From an uncultured Clostridia bacterium (GTDB lineage: Bacteria; Bacillota; Clostridia; TANB77; CAG-508): a DNA stretch of 56,869 bases. How positions within the stretch are numbered: the stretch's first letter is position 1; every line of letters starts with the position of its first letter. Made by a program: the position numbers and the translations under genes. Under the pieces are notes generated by a model that was not told the origin of the DNA, searched no databases, and was given only the letters and a program-made list of their open reading frames with translations. The stretch spans positions 1 through 56,869 of the forward strand of contig CALXWT010000003.1 in assembly GCA_944392445.1 (NCBI GenBank), written 5' to 3'. Positions 9,428-18,962 of the stretch are shown piece by piece.

Positions 9428-9710
9428 AAAATAATATCTTTATATTTTACAATTATTGTAATTCTAGTAATAGGTTAGAGTAGGCTTATAAAAAAAGTAT
9501 CTCAAATATGTCGGTCAAGCTACTTTTTCATAGAAATTCTAAAATAATTTTATGGCACCCTTCCATCAGAGATGAACTCTTTCCATAAATTTATTTAAGA
9601 ATTTCTAATTCAAAGTACTTTCCATTCCATATTTTCATACTTTTTTTATAAGTCTACTCTAACCTAATAAAATACTTTTACAAATTGTAAAATATAAAGA
9701 AATTATTTTT
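9428..9710. repeat. ~280-bp nested imperfect palindrome (foldback element) upstream of mgtA
   Basis: Arms at 9428-9500 and 9640-9710 are reverse complements, including the near-perfect 27-mer AGGTTAGAGTAGGCTTATAAAAAAAGTA / TACTTTTTTTATAAGTCTACTCTAACCT. Inner arms at 9533-9550 and 9590-9608 are also complementary. Confidence 0.85.
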
Positions 9711-9858
9711 AATTTTTTAGAAAAAATTAAAAATAATGATTGAATTATAAAAAATTGTGGTATAATTTTTAAGAAATAATAAAACGTAAATTTTAATTAG
9801 ATTAAATAGTTGTACAAAAGATTAGGGTAAATTCCATTTTAAGGGGGAGAAAAATAAT

Positions 9859-12432
9859 ATGTACGAAAGAGAGTGTACAAGCAGTGTTGAAGAGTTTCTA
9901 AAAGAGCATAATTTTAAAAAAAGAGGTTTAAACTCATCAGATGTTAAGAATAATCTAAGTAAGTATGGCAAAAATGTAATGAAGCAAAAAAAACCGAAAC
10001 AATGGTATAATTATCTATTAGAGAGTTTATTTAGTACCTTTAATTTAATATTATTAGGAATTGTTTTTGTATTATTTTACACAGATGTAATTTTAACTAC
10101 TCCTTCAAATTATGCAAATATTATTGTAATTTTAGTATTAATTATAGCAAGTACATTATTGGAGTTTTTTGAGGTATATAGGTCAAATAAATCTGCAGAA
10201 AAATTAAAAAATTTAGTTTCTGTTAAAACCACAGTATTACGAAATGGAAAGGTAACGAAAGTACCATCAGAAGACATTACGGTTGGTGACGTGGTTGTTT
10301 TATCAGCAGGGGACCTAATTCCAGCAGATTTAAGAATAATCGAGTCAAAAGATTTATATGTGGTTCAATCTTCTTTAACAGGAGAAAGCGACTCTGTAAA
10401 AAAGGTTGCAGAATCTGAGCAAAAAGGAAAAATAGAGGATATAACTGATTTAGACACAATTTGTTTTATGGGAACAAATATTATGAGTGGCTCTGCACGA
10501 GGTGTGGTTATAAGTATAGGAGATAGCACATACTTTGGAAAAGTGGCAGACAATATAACGGACGAAAAGCCAAAAACTGCTTTTCAAAAAGGAATTGAAA
10601 ATGTAAGTAAGCTTCTTATTAAATTTATGTTAGTTCTTATACCAATAACCTTCATAGTAAATGCAGCAAAACATGGAACAATAACGGCATTTACTTTTGC
10701 AGTTGCAATAGCTATAGGAATAACACCATTACTTTTACCAGTAATATTATCGTCAAGCTTAGCAAAAGGTGCAACTAGGATGTCTAAAAAGAAAACTATT
10801 GTTAAAAGGTTAGACAGTATTCAAAGCTTTGGAGCAATGAATATTTTGTGTACAGATAAAACAGGAACTCTAACAGAAGACAAAATTGTACTAGAAAAAT
10901 ATTTGGATATAAAGGGCGATGAAGACAAAAGAGTACTAAAACAGGCATTTTTAAATGCATACTTTCAAACTGGGTTAAAAGGTAATATAGATGAGGCAGT
11001 TATTGCAAGAACTGCTAAAACGGAATTAAAAGGTATAGAAGAAAAATATGAAAAAATAGATGAAATACCATTTGATTTCTCTAGAAGAAGACTATCTGTA
11101 ATAGTATCAGATGGAAAAAAGAAACAACTAATAACTAAAGGAGCTGTAGAAGAAATACTAAGTATTTGCACAATGGTTGATTACAAAGGAGAGGTTTCTG
11201 AAATAACAAGAGAAATTAAGCAAAATATTTTAAATATAACTAAAGACTTAAATAAGCAGGGATTAAGGGTCGTAGCTGTTGCACAAAAAAATGATGTAGA
11301 AGATGTAAAAAACTTTTCTGTTAAAGATGAATCAAAAATGCTCCTAATAGGATTTATAGGTTTTCTAGATCCACCAAAAGAAAGTGCAAAAGACGAAATT
11401 GCAAGATTAAACAAAGATGGAATTAGAGTAATTGTTCTTACAGGAGATAATGAATATGTTACAAAAGCAATATGTGATAAAGTAGGAATAAATACAGATA
11501 AAATAATACTAGGAAGCAAAATTGATAAATTATCTGATACTGCACTAAGAAGACAGCTAAAAAAGACTAATGTATTTGCAAAACTTTCACCTATACAAAA
11601 GGCAAGGATTGTAAGAATTCTAAAAGATGCAAAAAATGTCGTTGGCTATATGGGGGATGGTATAAATGATGCACCATCAATGAATAATGCAGAAGTTGGA
11701 ATATCTGTGGATACAGCAGTAGATATAACCAAGGAAACAGCAGATATAATATTATTAGAAAAAGACTTAAATGTGCTAACAGATGGTGTAATAGAAGGAA
11801 GGAAAACATTTGGAAATTTACAAAAATATATAAAAATGGCTGTAAGCTTCAATTTTGGAGAAGTGCTATCTGTTTTAATCGCAAGTGTGTTACTACCATT
11901 TTTTCCAATAACACCAATACAATTACTAGTTCAAAGTTTAATTTATGATTTAGGACAATTATCAGTACCGTATGATAATGTAGATAAAGAATACTTAGCA
12001 AAACCGCGTAAATGGAATATGAAGAGTATAAAGAGATTTATGCTACACATGGGCCCTGCAAGTTCTGTATTTGATTTAATGGTATTTGCAATTCTATGGT
12101 TTGGATTTGGACTAAGGCTACCAGATGCAGCATTATTCCAGTCAATATGGTTTTCATATGGAGTAGTATCAAATCTAGTAGGTTTGCATGTAATTAGAAC
12201 AGCTAAAACACCATTTATAGAAAGCCATAGTTCAAAAGCAGTATATGCTACATCCATTGGACTAAGCATTGTTGCAATATTAATACCATTTACTTTTATA
12301 GGAAAATATATAGGACTAGTTCCAATACCACTTAAATATTTCTCTATAATTTTGCTAGTACCAATTTTATATTGTTTCCTAGCAACTATTGTAAAGAAGG
12401 AATATATTAAAAAGTATAAAGAATGGTTATAA
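9859..12432 (+). CDS. mgtA: Magnesium-translocating P-type ATPase
   Basis: 857 aa with the P-type motifs CTDKTGTLT, TGDN and MGDGINDAPS. The C-terminal segment ...LLVQSLIYDLGQLSVPYDNVDKEYLAKPRKWN... is characteristic of MgtA/MgtB. Confidence 0.85.
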   Translation: MYERECTSSVEEFLKEHNFKKRGLNSSDVKNNLSKYGKNVMKQKKPKQWYNYLLESLFSTFNLILLGIVFVLFYTDVILTTPSNYANIIVILVLIIASTLLEFFEVYRSNKSAEKLKNLVSVKTTVLRNGKVTKVPSEDITVGDVVVLSAGDLIPADLRIIESKDLYVVQSSLTGESDSVKKVAESEQKGKIEDITDLDTICFMGTNIMSGSARGVVISIGDSTYFGKVADNITDEKPKTAFQKGIENVSKLLIKFMLVLIPITFIVNAAKHGTITAFTFAVAIAIGITPLLLPVILSSSLAKGATRMSKKKTIVKRLDSIQSFGAMNILCTDKTGTLTEDKIVLEKYLDIKGDEDKRVLKQAFLNAYFQTGLKGNIDEAVIARTAKTELKGIEEKYEKIDEIPFDFSRRRLSVIVSDGKKKQLITKGAVEEILSICTMVDYKGEVSEITREIKQNILNITKDLNKQGLRVVAVAQKNDVEDVKNFSVKDESKMLLIGFIGFLDPPKESAKDEIARLNKDGIRVIVLTGDNEYVTKAICDKVGINTDKIILGSKIDKLSDTALRRQLKKTNVFAKLSPIQKARIVRILKDAKNVVGYMGDGINDAPSMNNAEVGISVDTAVDITKETADIILLEKDLNVLTDGVIEGRKTFGNLQKYIKMAVSFNFGEVLSVLIASVLLPFFPITPIQLLVQSLIYDLGQLSVPYDNVDKEYLAKPRKWNMKSIKRFMLHMGPASSVFDLMVFAILWFGFGLRLPDAALFQSIWFSYGVVSNLVGLHVIRTAKTPFIESHSSKAVYATSIGLSIVAILIPFTFIGKYIGLVPIPLKYFSIILLVPILYCFLATIVKKEYIKKYKEWL

Positions 12433-12543
12433 GAAAAGTGGCTTCGCTTTTTGTAGCGTTTTGCTTCGTAAATACGCACGGCCAAAAGAAACTTAACCTT
12501 GTTGTATAGTCAAAATCTTCGATTTTTCCTATACAATAAGAAA

Positions 12544-12580
12544 AGCGTGGACAAAGGGACTACTGCCTTTTGTCCACGCT
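12544..12580. terminator. GTGGACAAAGG...CCTTTTGTCCAC hairpin between convergent mgtA and deoD
   Basis: Inverted repeat AGCGTGGACAAAGGG-ACTACT-GCCTTTTGTCCACGCT. It overlaps the deoD stop codon. A near-identical hairpin occurs at 46927-46959. Confidence 0.6.
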
Positions 12581-13282
12581 TTCTAAAGCTAATTTAATCA
12601 TATCGTTTAAAGAACGTTCTCTCTCTTCTGGGGTACTAACTTGGTTTTTGTAATGAGAATCTACAACAGTTAAAAGACAAGCAGCCTTCTTATTAAAATA
12701 TTTAGCTATATAAAATAAAGCAAAAGCTTCCATTTCGCAAGCTATAATATTTAAATCTTTAGGAAATCTAGCAATAAAGCTATCAATATCATCTAAATAA
12801 CCATCAAAACAATCATTACACAAAGTATTTCCTTTAATATAAGGAATATTTATTTTGCTTGCAGTTTCTTCTAACTTAGAATTAAGCTCACTATCGGCCT
12901 CGGCAATATGGCATTCTTTTTCACTCCACTCGTAAGCAAAATTCCCTTCGGTGTAGCTCTTGTCAACTAATATGGTATCAAATAAATTTAAATCTTCGTT
13001 ATATGCACCACATGAGCCAATTCTAATAATATTTTCTACATCATAGAATTTAAAAAGCTCATAAGAATAAATTCCCATACTTGGCATTCCCATACCAGAA
13101 GAAAATACGGTAACAGGCTTTCCTTTGTAAGTTCCTGTATATGCTAACATATTTCTTACTGTATTTACTAATCTAGCATTTTCTAAAAAATTCTCGGCAA
13201 TGTATTTTGCTCTTAATGGGTCACCAGGCATAAGAACAGTTTTCTCAATATCTTCTTTTCTTGCGTTACAGTGTATAGACAT
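12560..13282 (-). CDS. deoD: Purine nucleoside phosphorylase, DeoD type
   Basis: 240 aa. MSIHCNARKEDIEKTVLMPGDPLRAKYIAENFL...YTGTYKGKPVTVFSSGMGMPS matches the PNP/UDP-1 family. SD is AAGGAGG. Confidence 0.85.
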   Translation of the reverse strand: MSIHCNARKEDIEKTVLMPGDPLRAKYIAENFLENARLVNTVRNMLAYTGTYKGKPVTVFSSGMGMPSMGIYSYELFKFYDVENIIRIGSCGAYNEDLNLFDTILVDKSYTEGNFAYEWSEKECHIAEADSELNSKLEETASKINIPYIKGNTLCNDCFDGYLDDIDSFIARFPKDLNIIACEMEAFALFYIAKYFNKKAACLLTVVDSHYKNQVSTPEERERSLNDMIKLALESVDKRQ

Positions 13283-13297
13283 ACAGTTTCCTCCTTA

Positions 13298-13591
13298 TTA
13301 TTTATACCAGCTAGGTATTACAAATAAAGATACATCCAATACTTGTAAAAATAAGAATAGTAAAAATGTAATTACTATAGATATTATACCTAGTATTAAA
13401 CCGGCTTTTCCTAATTTGTCACCTTTTTTCATGGCTATAAATCCAAAAACGATTGCTAGAACTGCAGATAATATAGATATAATAATAAAGCATAAAGATA
13501 CAACAGATATTATTCCAAATATTAGTGCAGCAATTCCGTAACCTACACTTGAGTTAGTTTTTTCTCGAACTTCTTGTTCGTTTGATTCCAT
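13298..13591 (-). CDS. Small membrane protein (DUF4190-like)
   Basis: 97 aa with two to three TM helices and the pattern G.ALIFGIIS...AIVFGFIA.KKG. SD is AGGGGGAA. Confidence 0.5.
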   Translation of the reverse strand: MESNEQEVREKTNSSVGYGIAALIFGIISVVSLCFIIISILSAVLAIVFGFIAMKKGDKLGKAGLILGIISIVITFLLFLFLQVLDVSLFVIPSWYK

Positions 13592-13883
13592 TATTATTCC
13601 CCCTTTCCAAGGATATTATGCCATTTTTAATAAAATATGTCAAGTTTGAAGGATATTTATGACATAAAGATATTAATGATATGTTTAGTTAAGTAAAAAG
13701 TTAAATGTACGATTAACATAAGAAAAATATGTTTAACAATAGATAACATAAGAAAAATTGTGAATGAAAGAAAGGTTGAAAAATCGATTAAAATAAAATA
13801 TAATATTGTGAAATAAAAACAATTTTATATATGAAAGGAGATAATGATTATTAAATAAAAAAATAATAATCATATAAAGAAGA

Positions 13884-14570
13884 ATGCAAAATTTAAAAGT
13901 AATATTTGAAGATAATCATATAATTGTAGTAGAAAAACCAGTAAATATACCATCACAAGGAGATAAAACCGGAGATGTAGATATGCTTACTATTATAAAA
14001 GAATATTTAAAAGAAAAATATAATAAGCCAGGCAATGTGTATTTGGGCTTAGTACATAGGTTGGATAGGCCAGTTGGTGGAGTTATGGTATTTGCAAAAA
14101 CTTCAAAAGCAGCAGGTAGGTTAAGTGAGCAAGTAAGAGAAAAGGTGTTTCAAAAAACATATTTAGTTATAGTAAATGGAAAAATGGAGCAAGAAAAAGG
14201 TGTATTAGAGGATTATTTGCTAAAAAACGAAAAAAACAATATGAGTAAAGTGGTAAAAGAAGGTACTAAAAATTCTAAATTTGCGTCATTAGATTATGAG
14301 GTCTTAAAATATAATGAGGATATAGACTTGTCTTTGCTAAAAATAGACTTACATACAGGTAGGCATCATCAAATTAGGGTGCAACTTTCTAGTAGGAACC
14401 ATAGTATATATGGAGACCAAAAATATGGTGGAAGAGGCCATGGGAAGCAAATTGCTCTTTGGGCATATAAATTAAAAATATTACATCCAATAACAAAAGA
14501 AGAGATGGTTTTTAAATCAATTCCAGAGCCAATAGGTAGTTGGAAAATTTTAGAGGGGATGGAATTATAG
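13884..14570 (+). CDS. RluA-family pseudouridine synthase (no S4 domain)
   Basis: Catalytic motif HRLDRPVGGVMVFAKT and downstream HTGRHHQIRVQL. Confidence 0.75.
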   Translation: MQNLKVIFEDNHIIVVEKPVNIPSQGDKTGDVDMLTIIKEYLKEKYNKPGNVYLGLVHRLDRPVGGVMVFAKTSKAAGRLSEQVREKVFQKTYLVIVNGKMEQEKGVLEDYLLKNEKNNMSKVVKEGTKNSKFASLDYEVLKYNEDIDLSLLKIDLHTGRHHQIRVQLSSRNHSIYGDQKYGGRGHGKQIALWAYKLKILHPITKEEMVFKSIPEPIGSWKILEGMEL

Positions 14571-14571
14571 T

Positions 14572-14649
14572 AATAGTATGTATTTTTTATTAGTGCAAGA
14601 GTTTCTAAGATTGTGGGAACGTAAACAGCAATAAAAAATACATACTATT
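14572..14649 (+). terminator. Long hairpin after the pseudouridine synthase gene
   Basis: Perfect 20-bp arms AATAGTATGTATTTTTTATT (14572-14591) and AATAAAAAATACATACTATT (14630-14649) around a 38-nt loop, followed by ATTTT. Confidence 0.45.
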
Positions 14650-14795
14650 ATTTTGAGTTTATGTAAATTTTATGAAAAGGCAAAAATATTATTCGAAAAT
14701 TAAAAAAATGCTTTTCGTAAAATACTAGCAATTATTTGTAAATAAAACAAAAAATATGTCGCAAAAAGTATTATTATTATCTCAGAACAAATGAG

Positions 14796-15425
14796 GTGAG
14801 CAAATTGATTGAAAAAATTTGTGACATAATACTTAAGAAAATGAAAAAAGAAATGCCAGACATTACAGAAGAAAAAGAAGAGGTAATAGAATATGGATTA
14901 AAATTAATTATAGGTGAAATTCCTAAAATGATATTATTATTCGGAGTTAGTTTCTTACTGGGCTTTGGATGGTATATGGTATTTGCCTATATAGCAATTA
15001 TGCCATACAGAACCGTATCGGGTGGATTCCACTTGCATACACATATAGGATGCATTATAGGTAGTGTAGTATTTTACTATGGAACAATAATAATTAGTAA
15101 ATTTCTAGTAGTAGATAATTTACTAAGATATATTTTAATAGGTTTAAGCTTGGTATTTGGAATGTTAATGATAAGCATGTACGCACCAGCAGATACAGAA
15201 AATGTACCTATCATAAGCAAAAAGGAAAGAAAAATTAAGAAAATATTATCATATATAATACTTAGTATAACTTTAATAGTAGCAGTATTTATAAAAGACA
15301 GTATGCTATCAAATATACTAATTGTTGGAACTATTATACAATCTTTATTCATATCTAGAATTGCCTATAAAATAACGAATAACAAATATGGACACGAAGT
15401 TTATAAAGAACAAACAGAAAACTAA
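14796..15425 (+). CDS. agrB: AgrB-family accessory gene regulator (AgrD-processing peptidase)
   Basis: 209-aa polytopic protein with the catalytic-type motif RTVSGGFHLHTHIGC (His...Cys spaced 7 apart). The start may be the TTG at 14805, 6 nt after GAGGTG. Confidence 0.85.
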   Translation: MSKLIEKICDIILKKMKKEMPDITEEKEEVIEYGLKLIIGEIPKMILLFGVSFLLGFGWYMVFAYIAIMPYRTVSGGFHLHTHIGCIIGSVVFYYGTIIISKFLVVDNLLRYILIGLSLVFGMLMISMYAPADTENVPIISKKERKIKKILSYIILSITLIVAVFIKDSMLSNILIVGTIIQSLFISRIAYKITNNKYGHEVYKEQTEN

Positions 15426-15494
15426 ATTGGATAATAAAAGCATTAGCCGGCAATGTTTTATTATATAAATTAAAAAAACAGGGGAGGAATTTAT

Positions 15495-15614
15495 ATGTTA
15501 AAAACTTTAGCAAAGATGGCAGAAAAATATGCAAAATCAACCAATACTGCATGTATTTTAATGGGCATGTTTCATCAACCAAAAATGCCTGCATCTTTAG
15601 TAAAAAAAGATTAA
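15495..15614 (+). CDS. agrD: AgrD-type autoinducing peptide precursor (39 aa, absent from the ORF track)
   Basis: ATG lies 7 nt after GGGGAGG. The product is MLKTLAKMAEKYAKSTNTACILMGMFHQPKMPASLVKKD: an amphipathic leader, a single Cys, then a Pro-containing charged tail. It sits immediately downstream of agrB. Confidence 0.8.
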   Translation: MLKTLAKMAEKYAKSTNTACILMGMFHQPKMPASLVKKD

Positions 15615-15686
15615 TTAAAACAAAAAATCTAACAAATAGGATAACAACTATTTTCCTTATAATAAAATATAAAAATCGACAAACTA

Positions 15687-15715
15687 AAAATAGCCTCTAT
15701 ATAGAGACTATTTTT
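15687..15715. terminator. Bidirectional terminator between convergent agrD and the sensor kinase gene
   Basis: AAAATAGCCTCT-ATAT-AGAGACTATTTT hairpin flanked by A/T runs. Confidence 0.6.
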
Positions 15716-15727
15716 AGTGCCCAAAGT

Positions 15728-17080
15728 TTATTTAAATATTTCAAATTGTTGTGTAAAGAATTCATCATTCTTAGTAGTAAACAAATTTAAGTTATTATTA
15801 CGCATTAAAATTTGCCTAATTTTCCATAAGCCAAGTCCACTATGGTTCTCTTTACTACTTACACCCTTTTGATAAATTGTTTCTGTGTCTACATCTTTGT
15901 TGTTGTATGTGTTTTGAATAATTACTGCTATCATATTATTACTAATTTCTTTTCTAAATGTAACATTAATAATTTTCTTATTACATTCTACTGCTGCATC
16001 AATAGCATTATCTAATAAAATGCCAAGTATTCTGGTAAAGTCATAAATTTTCATACGTTCCTCAATTTCATTTAAATCTAAGAATACATCTAAGTTAATT
16101 TGTATATTTTTATGGTCTGCTTCATAATATTTAGTTGCAAGTAAATGATAAATTGCAGGATGATTTATAACAGCAGGAGATAAAGCATATAAATTATTAG
16201 TTTTATTACATTCTTCCAATAATTGATTATAATATTTCTTAAGTCCAGCAATATCCTCATTTACTACATAACCACCAATACTGTTTACCATATTATCAAA
16301 ATCGTGTTTAAAAGATCTAACTTGGTCATGCAAAATTGTTAATGAATGAATAGTATTGTTGGCATTTTCTAAATCTATTTTAGTATTTTCAAGTTTAGAA
16401 ACATTAATCATACTGTATAGACTTACAGAAAAATATGCAATTAAACCTATAATACTTATAAAAGTAATGATAGTTGGCATTGTGGTACTATAAAATCTTA
16501 ATAAATAAAATTGCATTGCAAGAACTAATACAATTAGTAATGCATTTATAATTAGTAAAATTTTTGTTTTAATACTCATATTATCAAAGATTTGAACATT
16601 AACTTTAAATGTATTAATTAATTTCGTAAGTAGAAACATTATTAGATATATGCTAAAAATAATTATTAATCTATAAGCAGGAACTACCATTATCATTGCA
16701 GAAGTAATATTAAAAATATTCAAGAAAGCATTAGCAAACAAAAGCTCAAGAGTAGAAGTGATTAATAAAGTTATTATTTCTGCTAATAGCGACTTTATAA
16801 TTGTAGTTTTCAATACAAAAAATATAATAATTGGCCATACAATAATATTAATGAAGACAGTGTAAGATGTTGGAACTACAAAATTTAAAATATTGCCTAT
16901 CGAGGCATAAAGTAAAACATAAACTATTTTTTGCTTTTTTGTAACATTAATATTTAAAAGAGATGTAAAGAATAACATACCAATATATGCATCTAAATAT
17001 GCTATTGGAACCGAAAGCACTTTTACTAAAATCTCATTTGGCACAGTCAATGCTGACCATATTGTTTGTAAAGTATTCAT
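15728..17080 (-). CDS. agrC: AgrC-like membrane sensor histidine kinase (GHKL ATPase, HPK10 type)
   Basis: 450 aa. A multi-TM N-terminal half is followed by ...FKHDFDNM... (H-box) and a C-terminal ATPase region (LLDNAIDA, GLGLW). GGAGG lies 9 nt before the ATG. It overlaps the upstream regulator gene by 47 nt. Confidence 0.8.
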   Translation of the reverse strand: MNTLQTIWSALTVPNEILVKVLSVPIAYLDAYIGMLFFTSLLNINVTKKQKIVYVLLYASIGNILNFVVPTSYTVFINIIVWPIIIFFVLKTTIIKSLLAEIITLLITSTLELLFANAFLNIFNITSAMIMVVPAYRLIIIFSIYLIMFLLTKLINTFKVNVQIFDNMSIKTKILLIINALLIVLVLAMQFYLLRFYSTTMPTIITFISIIGLIAYFSVSLYSMINVSKLENTKIDLENANNTIHSLTILHDQVRSFKHDFDNMVNSIGGYVVNEDIAGLKKYYNQLLEECNKTNNLYALSPAVINHPAIYHLLATKYYEADHKNIQINLDVFLDLNEIEERMKIYDFTRILGILLDNAIDAAVECNKKIINVTFRKEISNNMIAVIIQNTYNNKDVDTETIYQKGVSSKENHSGLGLWKIRQILMRNNNLNLFTTKNDEFFTQQFEIFK

Positions 17081-17774
17081 CTTTTAAAACCTCCATAAAA
17101 TCATTTTTATACTTAGGACCAATATAGCATTTATCATTCTTACTAAAAGAAATCTCATTCTCAGATAAATCTATATCGGTTATTTTAGAAACATTTACTA
17201 TATAAGATTTATGGCATCTGACAAAATTATAAGGTAACATACCAGACAACTTATTAAATGAGCTATATGTTTCATAATCCCTTGTATCTGTGTGAAATAT
17301 TACCTTCATACCTTCCTTTTTTATAAACCTTATACTATTTTCCTTTATTACAGTTTTGTCATTATCAAGCCTTATATATCTTGATGAACTACCGAATATA
17401 TCGGAATAAAGACGTAAAATAGTTTCTTCGAATCTTTCCTTTGTCAAAGGCTTTTGTAGGAAATCAAAAGTTTTATATTTATAAGCAACCATACCAAATT
17501 CAAAATGTCCAGTTACGAAAATAATATAAATATTTTTGTCTATTTCTCTAATTTGCTCAGCAATTTGCAAACCAGTAGTACTAGATTTTAAATCAATATC
17601 TAATAATAATACATCTGTTGGATTATCTTTTAAGTATTGTAATAAATCGTTTGGATTATTTGTAGTATATGTTATTTGAGCCTTCAAATTATGAGAAATA
17701 ATAATAGAATTTAACATTTTAGATAATTTGTCAATGGCGCCGTAATTGTCATCACATAAAACAAAACTTAACAT
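17034..17774 (-). CDS. agrA: LytTR-family response regulator (AgrA-like)
   Basis: 246 aa. Receiver domain (LLLDIDL...) plus a C-terminal LytTR-type DNA-binding domain (...FVRCHKSYIVN...). Confidence 0.85.
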   Translation of the reverse strand: MLSFVLCDDNYGAIDKLSKMLNSIIISHNLKAQITYTTNNPNDLLQYLKDNPTDVLLLDIDLKSSTTGLQIAEQIREIDKNIYIIFVTGHFEFGMVAYKYKTFDFLQKPLTKERFEETILRLYSDIFGSSSRYIRLDNDKTVIKENSIRFIKKEGMKVIFHTDTRDYETYSSFNKLSGMLPYNFVRCHKSYIVNVSKITDIDLSENEISFSKNDKCYIGPKYKNDFMEVLKDEYFTNNMVSIDCAK

Positions 17775-18036
17775 TTATATCCTCCATCTAATAAAATAAA
17801 AATCTGAAATAAAATCCAAAAAAAGGAAAAACACAACCAAATTTTTCCAATTTCCTTAAATAATATAATCTAAAAATTTAAGCTTGTCAATATAAAATTT
17901 CTAGAAAAATAAATTTATTTGTCGAAATTTTTATGAAAAGGATGTATTTAAGATGTTTATGGAAACTATCTTTTTTTATTCTTACTAGGAATAATTATAC
18001 TACTAAAGAATAAATTTAGTTAAAGAGGTGTATTGT

Positions 18037-18846
18037 ATGAAGATAAATATAAATAAAATGACTACTTTTTTAATTTGTTGTTTAGTAATAATTTTTACAG
18101 TATCTGTAATAAATGTAAATGTAGATACTGTTCAAACAAGCTCAACAGGGCTTGTAAGTAGTAAAAAAATAGAATGGGGAATAAAGAGAGCAGATAATCA
18201 TGACCAGCCAGAGCTAGGAGCAGAGAATAAGAGGATAATTGATGCATATAATGGAATAAGTATGGGAAATAGTGAAAAACCATACATATATTTAACATTT
18301 GACTGTGGGTATGAAGCAGGTTATACAGAAAAAATATTAGAGGTACTAAAGCAAAATGATGTAAAAGCCACTTTTTTTATAACAGGCCATTACTTAAATT
18401 CTAGGCCAGACCTAGTACAAAGAATGATTGAAGAAGGACATATTATAGGAAATCATACAGCAGACCATATATGTATGCCGGAATCTACAGAAGAAGAAAT
18501 TAAAGAGGATGTTATGGAGCTTCATACAGCTCTATATGATAAATTCGGCTACGAAATGAAATATTTAAGACCACCAAAAGGAGAATATAGTGAGGCAAGT
18601 GTAGCATATACAAATACATTAGGATATACAACTGTAATGTGGTCATTTGCTTATGATGATTGGGATGAGAATAAGCAAGGAAGAGAAGAATATGGAAAAC
18701 AAAAAATATTAGACAATGTGCATAATGGAGAAGTAATGCTTTTGCATAGTACCTCAAAAGATAATAGCAATATTTTAGACTATTGCATAAAAGAAATTAA
18801 AAATATGGGATACGAGTTTAAGTCCTTAGATGAATTTGAAAAATAG
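18037..18846 (+). CDS. pdaA: Polysaccharide deacetylase, delta-lactam-biosynthetic de-N-acetylase type
   Basis: Signal anchor, then WGIKR..NH.QP and the NodB motifs TFDCGYE and HIIGNHTADH. SD is AGAGG. Confidence 0.75.
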   Translation: MKININKMTTFLICCLVIIFTVSVINVNVDTVQTSSTGLVSSKKIEWGIKRADNHDQPELGAENKRIIDAYNGISMGNSEKPYIYLTFDCGYEAGYTEKILEVLKQNDVKATFFITGHYLNSRPDLVQRMIEEGHIIGNHTADHICMPESTEEEIKEDVMELHTALYDKFGYEMKYLRPPKGEYSEASVAYTNTLGYTTVMWSFAYDDWDENKQGREEYGKQKILDNVHNGEVMLLHSTSKDNSNILDYCIKEIKNMGYEFKSLDEFEK

Positions 18847-18962
18847 ATTAAGATAAAAACCTGTTAAAGCTAGAGGCAGTAGCATATAAACCAAATTTTA
18901 AAATAAAAAATTTGCAAAATAAGCCCGTCCCCAATTGCAAAAAAGAGAGGAAAAGTGAGTAT

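Noticed and set aside
9466-9670. M-box (ykoK) Mg2+ riboswitch upstream of mgtA
   Set aside because: Only the GGTTAGAGTAGGCT start and a vague 3' resemblance match my memory of the consensus. The 27-bp near-perfect helix, the recurrence of the right arm at 45230-45271 and a stronger promoter downstream at about 9741-9768 all fit a repeat element better. I kept it as an open question in the findings because cmsearch would be decisive.
15355-15790. 79-aa ORFs on both strands around the agrB-agrC spacer
   Set aside because: The spacer is better explained by the 39-aa AgrD gene, which has a strong SD, together with a bidirectional terminator.
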